Shown here: positions 37,049 through 46,360 of the stretch, piece after piece
Layout: each line of letters starts with the position of its first letter
Numbering within the stretch: the first letter of the stretch is position 1
Source of the DNA: Flavobacteriales bacterium
GTDB taxonomy: Bacteria; Bacteroidota; Bacteroidia; UBA4408
DNA length: 64,000 bases
Assembly: GCA_040383885.1 (NCBI GenBank)
Contig: JBEICQ010000001.1
Span: 2,838 to 66,837, forward strand
Reading direction: 5' to 3'
Made by a program: the position numbers and the translations under genes
The notes under the pieces: model-generated
Seen by the model: the letters and a program-made list of their open reading frames with translations, nothing else
Told to the model about the DNA's origin: nothing
The model's database searches: none

Positions 37049-38410
37049 ATGAAACGCGTTCATTTTATTGCCATTGGCGGAGCGGCCATGCACAGCCTGG
37101 CCCTTGCACTTAAAGGTGCCGGATATGAAGTAAGCGGCTCGGATGACGAAATCAACGAGCCTTCCAAGAGTCGTTTGAAGTTGGCAGGTTTACTGCCGGA
37201 AAAAATTGGTTGGTATCCGGAGCATATTCACCCGGGTATCGATGGAATAATCCTGGGTATGCATGCCCGAAAAGACAATCCTGAACTGCTCCGGGCACAG
37301 GAACTTGGTATCAGGGTGATGTCTTATCCTGAGTTTGTATACGAGGCTACTAAAAACAAACAGCGCGTGGTGATTGGTGGCAGTCATGGCAAAACAAGCA
37401 TCACTTCCATGATTCTGCATATCCTGAAAAAGTCAGAAAAAAAATTCGATTATTTGGCAGGTGCGCAAATCAGAGGATTCAACAACATGGTAGGCATTTC
37501 CAATGACTCGGAGATTGCCGTTATCGAAGGAGATGAATACCTGGCATCGCCCATTGACCCCAGGCCGAAATTTCACCTGTATCGCCCACATATAGCTGTA
37601 ATAAGCGGGATTGCATGGGATCACATCAATGTGTTTCCAACATTCGAATCCTATGTTGAACAGTTTAAAATATTTACAGAATGTATTTCACAGGACGGTT
37701 CCTTAATCTATTCTGAAGAAGATTCTGAGGTAGTAAGAATTGCAGAAACGAGCCCTGCACAGATTCATAAAATTCCTTATCGCGCCTATCCATCAGAAAT
37801 CAATGATGGGATTACTTCTCTCATTTATGATGGAAAAAAATATCCCATCAGGGTATTCGGGAAACACAATCTTCAGAACATTTCTGCTGCATTTGAAGTG
37901 TGTAAGCAACTTGGAATAACAGAGCAAGCCTGTTTGGAATCCATCGGAGATTTTGAGGGAGCGGCCCGAAGGTTGGAAAAAATATATGATACCGTGGAGA
38001 GAACCGTATTCAGAGATTTTGCCCACAGTCCTTCAAAATTAAAAGCCACGATTGAGGCTGTGAAGGAGCAGTTCATCAACAGACCTTTGATCGCCTGCAT
38101 GGAGTTACATACTTTCAGTAGTTTAAATAAGCATTTTTTAACAGAGTACAAGGGCTGCATGGAAATGGCTGACAAGGCGGTGGTGTATTTCAATCCGAAA
38201 ACCATCGAACATAAAAAATTACCATCTGTAAATGCCTCTGAAGTACATGCTGCTTTTGGTTCTGAAAAGCTTGTGGTTACTGATAATTCTCCTGATTTTT
38301 CTGCCTTGGTAAAAGACATGTTAGCCAAGTCAAGGCATCCTGTTTTGTTGTTGATGAGTTCGGGAACATATGATGGTGTGAACCTGGAAGACCTCTACAA
38401 AGAGGCTTAA
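37049..38410 (+). CDS. Mur ligase family protein, Mpl-like (UDP-N-acetylmuramate:L-Ala-gamma-D-Glu-meso-DAP ligase) or MurC-like
   Basis: MKRVHFIAIGGAAMHSLALALKGAGYEVSGSD… and the Walker-type motif VIGGSHGKTSITSMI match the Mpl N-terminus. The ~455-aa size fits Mpl better than MurC. Confidence 0.75.
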   Translation: MKRVHFIAIGGAAMHSLALALKGAGYEVSGSDDEINEPSKSRLKLAGLLPEKIGWYPEHIHPGIDGIILGMHARKDNPELLRAQELGIRVMSYPEFVYEATKNKQRVVIGGSHGKTSITSMILHILKKSEKKFDYLAGAQIRGFNNMVGISNDSEIAVIEGDEYLASPIDPRPKFHLYRPHIAVISGIAWDHINVFPTFESYVEQFKIFTECISQDGSLIYSEEDSEVVRIAETSPAQIHKIPYRAYPSEINDGITSLIYDGKKYPIRVFGKHNLQNISAAFEVCKQLGITEQACLESIGDFEGAARRLEKIYDTVERTVFRDFAHSPSKLKATIEAVKEQFINRPLIACMELHTFSSLNKHFLTEYKGCMEMADKAVVYFNPKTIEHKKLPSVNASEVHAAFGSEKLVVTDNSPDFSALVKDMLAKSRHPVLLLMSSGTYDGVNLEDLYKEA

Positions 38411-38469
38411 TTACCAAAGAAAATAACAGAATACTATTTTTTAGGACCAGCTTTTTGATGCATTCAAAT

Positions 38470-39894
38470 TCAGCTAAATATTTTTCCAGGATTTAAAATC
38501 TCCTTGGGGTCGAAAACTTTTTTGATTGCTTTCATGAGCTGCAACTGAGCAGGTGTTTGCACCAGGTGCATATATCTTTTTTGCACATATCCGATGCCAT
38601 GTTCACCGCTAATGGTTCCTCCCAGATTTTTACACAGGATAAATATTTCTGAAATGGCAGCATGAATGTCATGCTCCCAAAAATTGTCGCTTAAACTTCC
38701 TTTTAGAATGTTGATATGGAGATTTCCATCACCTGCATGTCCATAGCAGATAGAGCGAAAACCATATTTAAGTCCAATCTCTTTCACGCCTTCTATAAGT
38801 TCGGGGAGTTGTGCCCTCGGTACAACGGTATCTTCTTCTTTATAAACAGAACTGGCCCTTACTGCTTCAGCAACGGAGCGGCGAAGTTTCCATAAGCGAT
38901 TTTTATCTGCTTCATCCTGGGCAAGAAGTATTTCTCCGGTTTCAAAAGTTGTAAGCAATTCATAAGTTTTCTCAAGTTCTTCGCGGATGTGTTCCGTGTT
39001 GTTTCCATCAAATTCAATCAAGAGTTGTGCCTCTGCTTCGGCATCAGGTGCAAATCCTTCTACCCCCAAAAATGCACAGGTTAAATCAATGGCGTCCTTC
39101 TCCATGAATTCGAGTGCAGAAGGATTCAGTCCTTTGCTAAATAGCAGTGAAACAGCTTCACATGCCTGCCGAATTTTTTTAAACGGAACCAACATCACCT
39201 GTCTGTACATGGGATATGGAATGAGCTTGACCCTGATTTGTGTAACTACCGCAAGGGTTCCCTCACTGCCAATCATCAGGTGGGTGAGGTTGTATCCCGT
39301 TGAGTACTTTAAGGTGTTTGCGCCTGTCCAAAAAATTTCACCATCAGGTAGAACTACTTTCAGATTGAGAATATAATCCCTGGTTGTACCATATTTGAGT
39401 GCCCTTGGTCCTCCGGAACTCAGCGCCACATTTCCGCCCAGGAAGCACGAACCTTTGCTGGCAGGATCGGGCGGATAAAAAAGTCCCAATTCCTGAACGG
39501 TCTGTTGCAACACTTCATTAATCACACCGGGCTCTACAGTTGCCTGAAGGTTGTTGGTATCTATTTCAAGAATTCGGTTAAATTTTTCCATGGAGAGGAT
39601 GACGCCTCCCCACACAGGCAATGCTCCACCACTAAGGCCCGTTCCTGCACCTCTCACCGTTAAGGGAATACTCCTTTGGTTGCAATGCTTTAAAACAACA
39701 GCAATCTGAGACTCATCTGCAGGAATGAGAACTACTTCAGGCACAAACACGAAATCCTCGGTAGCATCGGATGCATAAGCAAGCTTCTCTTCATGATTCA
39801 CCCGGATTCCTCCTTCACCCAAATACTCCCTGAATAAATTGAGATCGTGAGCTTGTACCTGATTGTATGTGTTCATGTTGCAAATTAAATGCAA
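38470..39894 (-). CDS. FAD-linked oxidase (GlcD / D-lactate dehydrogenase family)
   Basis: FAD-binding PCMH domain motifs (…RGAGTGLSGGALP…), and a C-terminal FAD-oxidase_C domain. Confidence 0.85.
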   Translation of the reverse strand: MHLICNMNTYNQVQAHDLNLFREYLGEGGIRVNHEEKLAYASDATEDFVFVPEVVLIPADESQIAVVLKHCNQRSIPLTVRGAGTGLSGGALPVWGGVILSMEKFNRILEIDTNNLQATVEPGVINEVLQQTVQELGLFYPPDPASKGSCFLGGNVALSSGGPRALKYGTTRDYILNLKVVLPDGEIFWTGANTLKYSTGYNLTHLMIGSEGTLAVVTQIRVKLIPYPMYRQVMLVPFKKIRQACEAVSLLFSKGLNPSALEFMEKDAIDLTCAFLGVEGFAPDAEAEAQLLIEFDGNNTEHIREELEKTYELLTTFETGEILLAQDEADKNRLWKLRRSVAEAVRASSVYKEEDTVVPRAQLPELIEGVKEIGLKYGFRSICYGHAGDGNLHINILKGSLSDNFWEHDIHAAISEIFILCKNLGGTISGEHGIGYVQKRYMHLVQTPAQLQLMKAIKKVFDPKEILNPGKIFS

Positions 39895-39981
39895 TTGTAT
39901 GCAAAAGAAAATATCACTGTCTTTGTTAGCTGCGATTTTCCCATTAGTTTCACTTTATTTGCATTTGATAAAACCAACACC

Positions 39982-42201
39982 ATGGATGCGTTGATCAAAT
40001 TTTACCCGCGAATCATCTGTTTTCTTTTTTTCATCTGCCCTACCTGTTCTGTCATACAGGGAGAAACAGCAGAAAAGTGGAAACTGCAAGATATTTTTTT
40101 AGGGCAGAAATTCAGCGTTCAGACGGGGTCTGCTTCAGTACCTTCAGTGAATCCTCAGAAATACCTTTTCCTGCAGGAGGGTGATCAATTCCGGGGAATC
40201 CTTGCTGCTTCCTATCTTTCCGGGGAAATAACCGATACTGTGATTGATGGAAACACCATCCGATGCAAGGATACCGCTGTTTCATTTTCTTCATTTATTG
40301 CTTCGCCAGATGAACGCCATTTTTTACTGCAAGGCAAGCTTTTCCCTATCTACCGCCATTCCTTCTCCGCCTTATATTACCTTGTTGAAAAAGGCAACAA
40401 ATCCGCTGTTGATTTTGCATCAGGCAAAAGTATTTCCTCTGTTTCTTTTTCACCGGACTCAAAGAGAATCGCCTATGTATTTGAAAGGAACCTATATGTG
40501 TATGACATCGCTTCTAAAAAAACACATCCCCTTACCACTGACGGAAAGGAAAATAAGATCATTAACGGAGGAAGTGATTGGGTATATGAAGAGGAGTTTG
40601 GATTAACTGAAGCGTATTGCTGGAGCGCGGATGCAGGGCATGTGGCATTTTACCGATTTGATGAGTCAGCCGTGAAAGAATTCAGCTTTACTTCCTATAA
40701 AAATCAGCTTTATCCGACAGCAGTTACCTGGAAATATCCAAAGGCGGGAGAAGATAATTCCAAAGTAGAAATATGGGTCTACGACCTCGAAAAAAAATCT
40801 TCTTCTTGCGCCTTTAAAACAGGACAGGACATGGAGTATGTTCCGCACATACAATGGGCAGGAAAAAAGAATAAACTACTGATCCATGCCATGAACAGAC
40901 TTCAGAACCGGATTGAATTTCAGTTATATGCTATATCGGACAAAAGCTGCAAGAATATATACACCGAGTCTTCTCCGGAAAATTATATTGATGCACCCGG
41001 TACATGTATTTTCGACAGCAATGGCAAGCTCTATTTTCTATCTGAACACCAAGGCTGGAAACATCTCTACAGCCTCCCTCAGGACGGCGGAAAACTACAG
41101 CAGCTTACCAAAGGCAACTGGGAAATTGATGCGATAATTGCTTATGATGCTGCTTCAGGGTACATCTATTTTAGAGCGAACAAAGACCATGTGCTTTCCC
41201 ATCAGATTTACAGAACAGATTTAAACGGAAAAAAGATCCAAAAAATATTTGATTCAGAAGGAACGCAATCTGTCGTTTTTAATGCCGACTTCACCCTGGC
41301 GATGCTTACCCATTCTTCGGCCAATAAGCCCCCGCAAAAAGTGCTGACCAATACTCAAACAGGAAAAAAAATACGGATGATCTCTTCTAACGACAGTGTT
41401 CTTGCCCGCTTAAACCGAGTGCCTTTCTCGCCTAAAAAATTTATTCGTATTCCCGCTTCGGCGGGTGATTCCATGAATGGATCGGTGATTTATCCCCAAA
41501 ACTTCAATCCTTCTTTGAAATATCCTGCCATTATTCATATCTACGGTGGGCCTGGCCGTAATATGGTGGTTGATCAATGGTCGAATAGCGAAATGCTTTG
41601 GCATCAATACATGAGCGCCAGGGGATACTTTATCTTTTCTTTCGATGGACATGGCACCCAGATGAGAGGTAAGAAATTCAGAGCATCTACTTATGGTCAA
41701 CTTGGTAATCTTGAGGCACAAGATATGCTGATGGCCTCCCGTTACCTCAAATCTCTCGGATACATCGACTCTCTGAAAATTGGTATTCAAGGATGGAGTT
41801 TTGGCGGATTTCTCAGTCTTCTGACGCTAGCCAAAGGCCCTTCTCATTTTGCTGCGGCTATTTCGGTTGCCCCTGTTACACATTGGAAGTACTATGACAA
41901 TATCTATACCGAGAGATACATGGGTTTACCGGATAAAAACCCTCTCGGGTATAACCAAAACTCTCCGCTTGAATATGCTTCTTCCATCAAAGGAAAATTA
42001 TTTCTTATTCATGGCACGGCAGACGACAATGTGCACTTTCAGAATTCGGTAGAAATGATTCGGCGATTACAGGAATCCGGAATCCCTTTTGATTTGATGA
42101 TTTACCCTGATAAAAACCATGGCATCAGTGGTGGAAAAACCAGGCTGGATGTATATTCCAGGATTTCTGAATGGTGGGATGATGTCTTTGGAATGGATTA
42201 G
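39982..42201 (+). CDS. S9-family serine peptidase, dipeptidyl-peptidase IV-like
   Basis: N-terminal DPP-IV beta-propeller region and a C-terminal alpha/beta hydrolase with the nucleophile motif GWSFGG. The signal peptide starts at the internal ATG (MDALIKFYPRIICFLFF…). The track start at 39889 would overlap the divergent gene. Confidence 0.85.
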   Translation: MDALIKFYPRIICFLFFICPTCSVIQGETAEKWKLQDIFLGQKFSVQTGSASVPSVNPQKYLFLQEGDQFRGILAASYLSGEITDTVIDGNTIRCKDTAVSFSSFIASPDERHFLLQGKLFPIYRHSFSALYYLVEKGNKSAVDFASGKSISSVSFSPDSKRIAYVFERNLYVYDIASKKTHPLTTDGKENKIINGGSDWVYEEEFGLTEAYCWSADAGHVAFYRFDESAVKEFSFTSYKNQLYPTAVTWKYPKAGEDNSKVEIWVYDLEKKSSSCAFKTGQDMEYVPHIQWAGKKNKLLIHAMNRLQNRIEFQLYAISDKSCKNIYTESSPENYIDAPGTCIFDSNGKLYFLSEHQGWKHLYSLPQDGGKLQQLTKGNWEIDAIIAYDAASGYIYFRANKDHVLSHQIYRTDLNGKKIQKIFDSEGTQSVVFNADFTLAMLTHSSANKPPQKVLTNTQTGKKIRMISSNDSVLARLNRVPFSPKKFIRIPASAGDSMNGSVIYPQNFNPSLKYPAIIHIYGGPGRNMVVDQWSNSEMLWHQYMSARGYFIFSFDGHGTQMRGKKFRASTYGQLGNLEAQDMLMASRYLKSLGYIDSLKIGIQGWSFGGFLSLLTLAKGPSHFAAAISVAPVTHWKYYDNIYTERYMGLPDKNPLGYNQNSPLEYASSIKGKLFLIHGTADDNVHFQNSVEMIRRLQESGIPFDLMIYPDKNHGISGGKTRLDVYSRISEWWDDVFGMD

Positions 42202-44105
42202 GAGTGCTTCCAATGAAACGAAAGAATAAGTCTTTCTATGTCCTTTCTGATAAACCGCGTGGCCGGTGCCAGCGAGTCGGTATTAACAGGCACATTGAAG
42301 TAAAGTGCGCCGCGCACAAAATGATGGACACTGTCTGTGAGATAAAACTGAGTGGAACTGGCAGCATCTCCGCCTAGCTCATACAAAAGACCAAACACCC
42401 TTTCCTCCTTTTTTTCAATTTTCAGTTCCTCAATGGAAGATGCTTTCACCGTGTGTTTATAAGCCAGGGTACGGGCATCCTCGATGTGTTTTGCGAGGTC
42501 GTTGCTCAGGGAAAAATAGCTGATGAACAAGGTAGCTTTCTGTTGATCAAATTGCAGGTTCATCCAATACTTGCCTTCCTGTATTCCTTTGTATGCTTCT
42601 GGTCTTGCATAAACCGGATAATCAAAACCATAAGGATATTCAGCAGACAACCCGGTGTATTTTTTTTCGGGAAAATCAATTCTCATATACCCTCTGGGCT
42701 TGGGTGGAAATTCGGGCTGGCAGGAGCTTATCAACAAAGTAGCACAGAGGAGGAGAGCAAGTGGCAGGACAGGTTTGCTTTTTGATTCCTCCTCAATCAT
42801 CAGTTTCACTCTTTTAATTCTTTTGCGATCAACTGACTCAACTAAAAATGCATAATTTTTAAAAGTAATTTTTTGGTTTTTTACAGGTATTGAGCCTGTA
42901 ATCTCAAGGATAAAACCGGCTAGTGTATCGGCTTCTCCACGGTTTTTTTCAAACACCTCTCCATCAATGTGAAGCACTTTGTAAAAATCATTAAGCATGA
43001 TTCTGGCTTCAAAGATATAAGTATGGTCATCCAGCTTGCTGTACACCAATTCATCATCATCGAACTCATCATTGATATCGCCAAGAATTTCTTCTATGAT
43101 GTCTTCGAGTGTGACCAAACCGTTAGTTGCACCGTATTCATCCACCACAATTGCCATGTGCATTTTCTGGTGCTGAAACTCTTTAAGCAAATCATCAATT
43201 TTTTTGTTCATTGGAACATAGTAGGGTTTTTGCATAAGGTTGTTCCATGCAAAATCGTCTTCTTTTTCCAGATGAGGGAGCAAATCTTTTGTGTAGATGA
43301 TTCCCACAATGTGATCATCGTTTAGTTCATACACGGGTATTCTCGAGAACCCTGCTTCTACAATAGATGAGAGGGCTTTTCTGAAAGGAAGATCTTTACT
43401 GATGGAAAACATCTGCAGCCTGGGGCGCATGATTTCTCTTGCCTCTGTGTTGCCGAATTCCACAATTCCTTTCAGGATTTTTTGTTCTTCTTCCGGCGAG
43501 TGCTCATTGCTGGTTAATTCAAGTGCTGTTGAAAGATCATCAACAGAAAGCCGGGTTTTGGAATCTTTAAAGTATCTGTCGAAAAGAGAGGTAGACCGGA
43601 TGAGCAAATAACTGAAGGGACGAAAAAACCGCTCTGCAATATCCAACGGAAACACCAGTATCAGAGCGGCCCTTTTGGCGTGTCGACGGGTATATATTTT
43701 GGGGATGATTTCTCCAATTAGAAGAATGAGGAAAGTAACCAGGATTACCCTGAGCAGAAACTCAAGATCAGGAGAAAAGCCGTGAAAAATCTCTTTGGAA
43801 ACGGACTCAGAAAGGATAATTACAAAAATATTGACCAGGTTGTGAAGAAGTACTACAGTAGCAATCAATTTTTTCTGCTTACCCAAGAGCTCGATAATCT
43901 TGCGTGAGGCGTAGGATTCCGACTGGCTTAACTCATCAAGATCGGAAGGAGACAATGAAAAAAAAGAAACTTCTGCTGCTGCTACCAGGGCTGAAAGTGC
44001 AAGAAAAAAAACAATCCCGGGGATACTCATCCACAGCATGGGATTCCATTGAAGGAGAATAAATGCAAAGATGCTACTGACCGGGTCGTCCATATAAAAT
44101 TTCAA
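42198..44105 (-). CDS. gldE: GldE (DUF21-CBS pair-CorC_HlyC) fused in-frame to GldD-like gliding-motility lipoprotein
   Basis: The first ~430 aa are a CNNM/TlyC-type module (4-TM DUF21, two CBS domains, CorC C-domain). With no intervening stop, the frame continues into MIEEESKSKPVLPLALLLCATLLISSCQ…, a lipoprotein-type signal/anchor, and a ~190-aa GldD-like domain. ssb lies immediately upstream with a 4-nt overlap. Confidence 0.75.
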   Translation of the reverse strand: MKFYMDDPVSSIFAFILLQWNPMLWMSIPGIVFFLALSALVAAAEVSFFSLSPSDLDELSQSESYASRKIIELLGKQKKLIATVVLLHNLVNIFVIILSESVSKEIFHGFSPDLEFLLRVILVTFLILLIGEIIPKIYTRRHAKRAALILVFPLDIAERFFRPFSYLLIRSTSLFDRYFKDSKTRLSVDDLSTALELTSNEHSPEEEQKILKGIVEFGNTEAREIMRPRLQMFSISKDLPFRKALSSIVEAGFSRIPVYELNDDHIVGIIYTKDLLPHLEKEDDFAWNNLMQKPYYVPMNKKIDDLLKEFQHQKMHMAIVVDEYGATNGLVTLEDIIEEILGDINDEFDDDELVYSKLDDHTYIFEARIMLNDFYKVLHIDGEVFEKNRGEADTLAGFILEITGSIPVKNQKITFKNYAFLVESVDRKRIKRVKLMIEEESKSKPVLPLALLLCATLLISSCQPEFPPKPRGYMRIDFPEKKYTGLSAEYPYGFDYPVYARPEAYKGIQEGKYWMNLQFDQQKATLFISYFSLSNDLAKHIEDARTLAYKHTVKASSIEELKIEKKEERVFGLLYELGGDAASSTQFYLTDSVHHFVRGALYFNVPVNTDSLAPATRFIRKDIERLILSFHWKHS

Positions 44106-44530
44106 AAGGGTAATCCGTCCATATCGGATAGATCGGCATGGGAACCCTGTTCTTCCTCTCCGGGAGTATGGGATTCATGACCCTGGTATTCTTTGCGGTT
44201 TCCCAGTATAAGCAAATTGTCTACAACCACCTCGGTCCTGTATTGCTTCACTTTGTTTTGGTCTTCCCAATTGCGGGTATGCAGTTTCCCTTCAAGGTAC
44301 ACTGTGGAACCTTTTTTGAGGTTCCGTTCGCAGTAATCTGCATGGTTTCTCCACGCTACCACATTGTGCCATTCAGTTTGTTCTTTGCGGCTTCCGTCTT
44401 TGTCGCGGTATACTTCAGTGGTGGCAAGTGAAAACTTGGCAATGCGTATTCCCTGCTCAGTAGTTTTTACCTCTGGGTCGCGGCCAAGATTGCCAACTAG
44501 GATAACTTTGTTGATTCCGGTGGAGGCCAT
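44102..44530 (-). CDS. ssb: Single-stranded DNA-binding protein
   Basis: OB-fold N-terminus (KVILVGNLGRDPEVK…WHNVVAWR), a Gly/Glu-rich linker, and the canonical acidic tip …DMDGLPF. Confidence 0.9.
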   Translation of the reverse strand: MASTGINKVILVGNLGRDPEVKTTEQGIRIAKFSLATTEVYRDKDGSRKEQTEWHNVVAWRNHADYCERNLKKGSTVYLEGKLHTRNWEDQNKVKQYRTEVVVDNLLILGNRKEYQGHESHTPGEEEQGSHADLSDMDGLPF

Positions 44531-44571
44531 AACATAACAAGTTCATCAACAAAGATAAGACATTTAGCTTA

Positions 44572-45183
44572 TCACAAGGGGGGATTTTTAAGGCCTCTTT
44601 TGGATTTGTAAAAATTCATTTCATCCAGGTATTCAAATGCCTTGTGCGGCATGAAGTAGCGGATGTTTCTTCCCTCGGCAATTGCTTTTCTGATAAAGGA
44701 TGCGGAGATTTCAATGAGTGGTGCTTCCCTGCAAATGAGGATATTGGGATGCACAGGGAAAGAATTGTATGTATCTGAAAACCCCGGCCGTGGATATATA
44801 AGCAGGCGGAAATGTTGAAGTATAAAATCGTGATTTTTCCATTTGTGAAATGATAGCAGGTTGTCAGATCCAAGGATAAGCGAGAACTGATGTCCGGGAT
44901 ATTTTTCACAAAGATAGACCAGGGTATGGCTGGTGTAGGAGGGCAAATCCAGCTTTGACTCCACATCACAAGGTTTGATAAACGGAACATCTTCACAGGC
45001 TTTTTGCAAGAGCTGAAAGCGATGGTGGAAGGCCAATAGCTGAGATTGCGATTTAAAAGGGTTCTGTGGAGAAAGCACCATCCATACCTCATCCAGTTCA
45101 GTGAAACAAGCGAAATAATTGGCCAGCATCATGTGGCCATTGTGCACAGGATTGAATGATCCGAATAAAAGTCCTACCCGCAT
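44572..45183 (-). CDS. nadD: Nicotinate-nucleotide adenylyltransferase
   Basis: MRVGLLFGSFNPVHNGHM (HxGH motif) and …SASFIR…. Confidence 0.85.
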   Translation of the reverse strand: MRVGLLFGSFNPVHNGHMMLANYFACFTELDEVWMVLSPQNPFKSQSQLLAFHHRFQLLQKACEDVPFIKPCDVESKLDLPSYTSHTLVYLCEKYPGHQFSLILGSDNLLSFHKWKNHDFILQHFRLLIYPRPGFSDTYNSFPVHPNILICREAPLIEISASFIRKAIAEGRNIRYFMPHKAFEYLDEMNFYKSKRGLKNPPL

Positions 45184-45307
45184 GAGTTACAGTTGTATCG
45201 ACATGTCTCAAAGATAACAGCTATCCTACAGATTTTATAATTTCGTTAGATGGTAAAGTTTTGGGTCGGGCAAATGTTACATTTGCATTTCTAAAAAAGA
45301 GCCTACT

Positions 45308-46360
45308 ATGGAAATGGCCTTTATTGCTTTTGTAATTGCTTTTTGTGTGGTTGTTTTTTTTACACCATCACTCATAAAGGTCTCCATCCTTAAACACTTG
45401 ATGGACAAACCCGATGGGGAGCGGAAATTTCATGAAAGAGATATTCCTACCATTGGTGGCATCATGATTTTTGCAGGCACCCTTTTTGCGTATTCCATCT
45501 GTTTTCCTTCCCCGTACATAGAAAAATTCAACTATGTGCTAGCTGCTGTTTTTATCACTTTTTTTGTAGGTATCAAGGATGATATCATCGGTACTGCGCC
45601 CCTGAAAAAATTGGGTGCAAACCTGCTTGTTGCATTTATCATGGTTTTTGTTGGCGGCATTAAAATCAAAGGTCTGCATGGTATTTTCGGAATGAATGAA
45701 TCTTTTGGAGGATTTTCTGAAGCATTTTCTGTCTTTACCATTATTGTGGTGATGAATGCTTTTAATCTGGTCGATGGTGTTGACGGTCTTGCCGCTGGCC
45801 TTGGATTTATCTCCAGCATGGTATTCGGCTGCTGGTTTCTTTTTGCGGGCAATTCCGTAGAAAGCAGCTTATGTTTTTCGCTGGCCGGTGCCCTGCTCGG
45901 ATTTTTGGGATATAATTACTCTCCGGCTCGCATTTTTATGGGCGACTCAGGTTCTCTTACCATTGGTATTGTTATGGCTTTTTTAAGTATTCAGCTTGTT
46001 GAGTATGAAAAAAGTTACTACCTCACCACACCTCTCAATACCATTTCAAAACCTGCACTCGCTGTGGCCAGCCTGTTTTACCCCTTAACCGATACGCTGA
46101 GGGTTTTTATCCTCAGAGTGGCGCGGGGAAAATCCCCCCTTAGTGCTGACCGAAGTCACATTCATCACAGGTTACTCGACCTGGGTTTTACCCACCGCGG
46201 CACCGTAAACATCATTTATCTTCTCACTTTTTGTTCCGTTTTTACCTGCTTTATCACCCGGTCACTTACACCCGAGTTGTCCCTGTTCTGCACCATTGCC
46301 GTACCTTACCTTTTGCTTCAGATTCCCGCTCTGCTTAAGTCCAAACAATGTATCTGGTAA
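45308..46360 (+). CDS. Glycosyltransferase family 4 (MraY/WecA-like) undecaprenyl-phosphate sugar-1-phosphate transferase
   Basis: IPTIGGIMIF and NLVDGVDGLAAG motifs in a multi-TM protein. Confidence 0.85.
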   Translation: MEMAFIAFVIAFCVVVFFTPSLIKVSILKHLMDKPDGERKFHERDIPTIGGIMIFAGTLFAYSICFPSPYIEKFNYVLAAVFITFFVGIKDDIIGTAPLKKLGANLLVAFIMVFVGGIKIKGLHGIFGMNESFGGFSEAFSVFTIIVVMNAFNLVDGVDGLAAGLGFISSMVFGCWFLFAGNSVESSLCFSLAGALLGFLGYNYSPARIFMGDSGSLTIGIVMAFLSIQLVEYEKSYYLTTPLNTISKPALAVASLFYPLTDTLRVFILRVARGKSPLSADRSHIHHRLLDLGFTHRGTVNIIYLLTFCSVFTCFITRSLTPELSLFCTIAVPYLLLQIPALLKSKQCIW

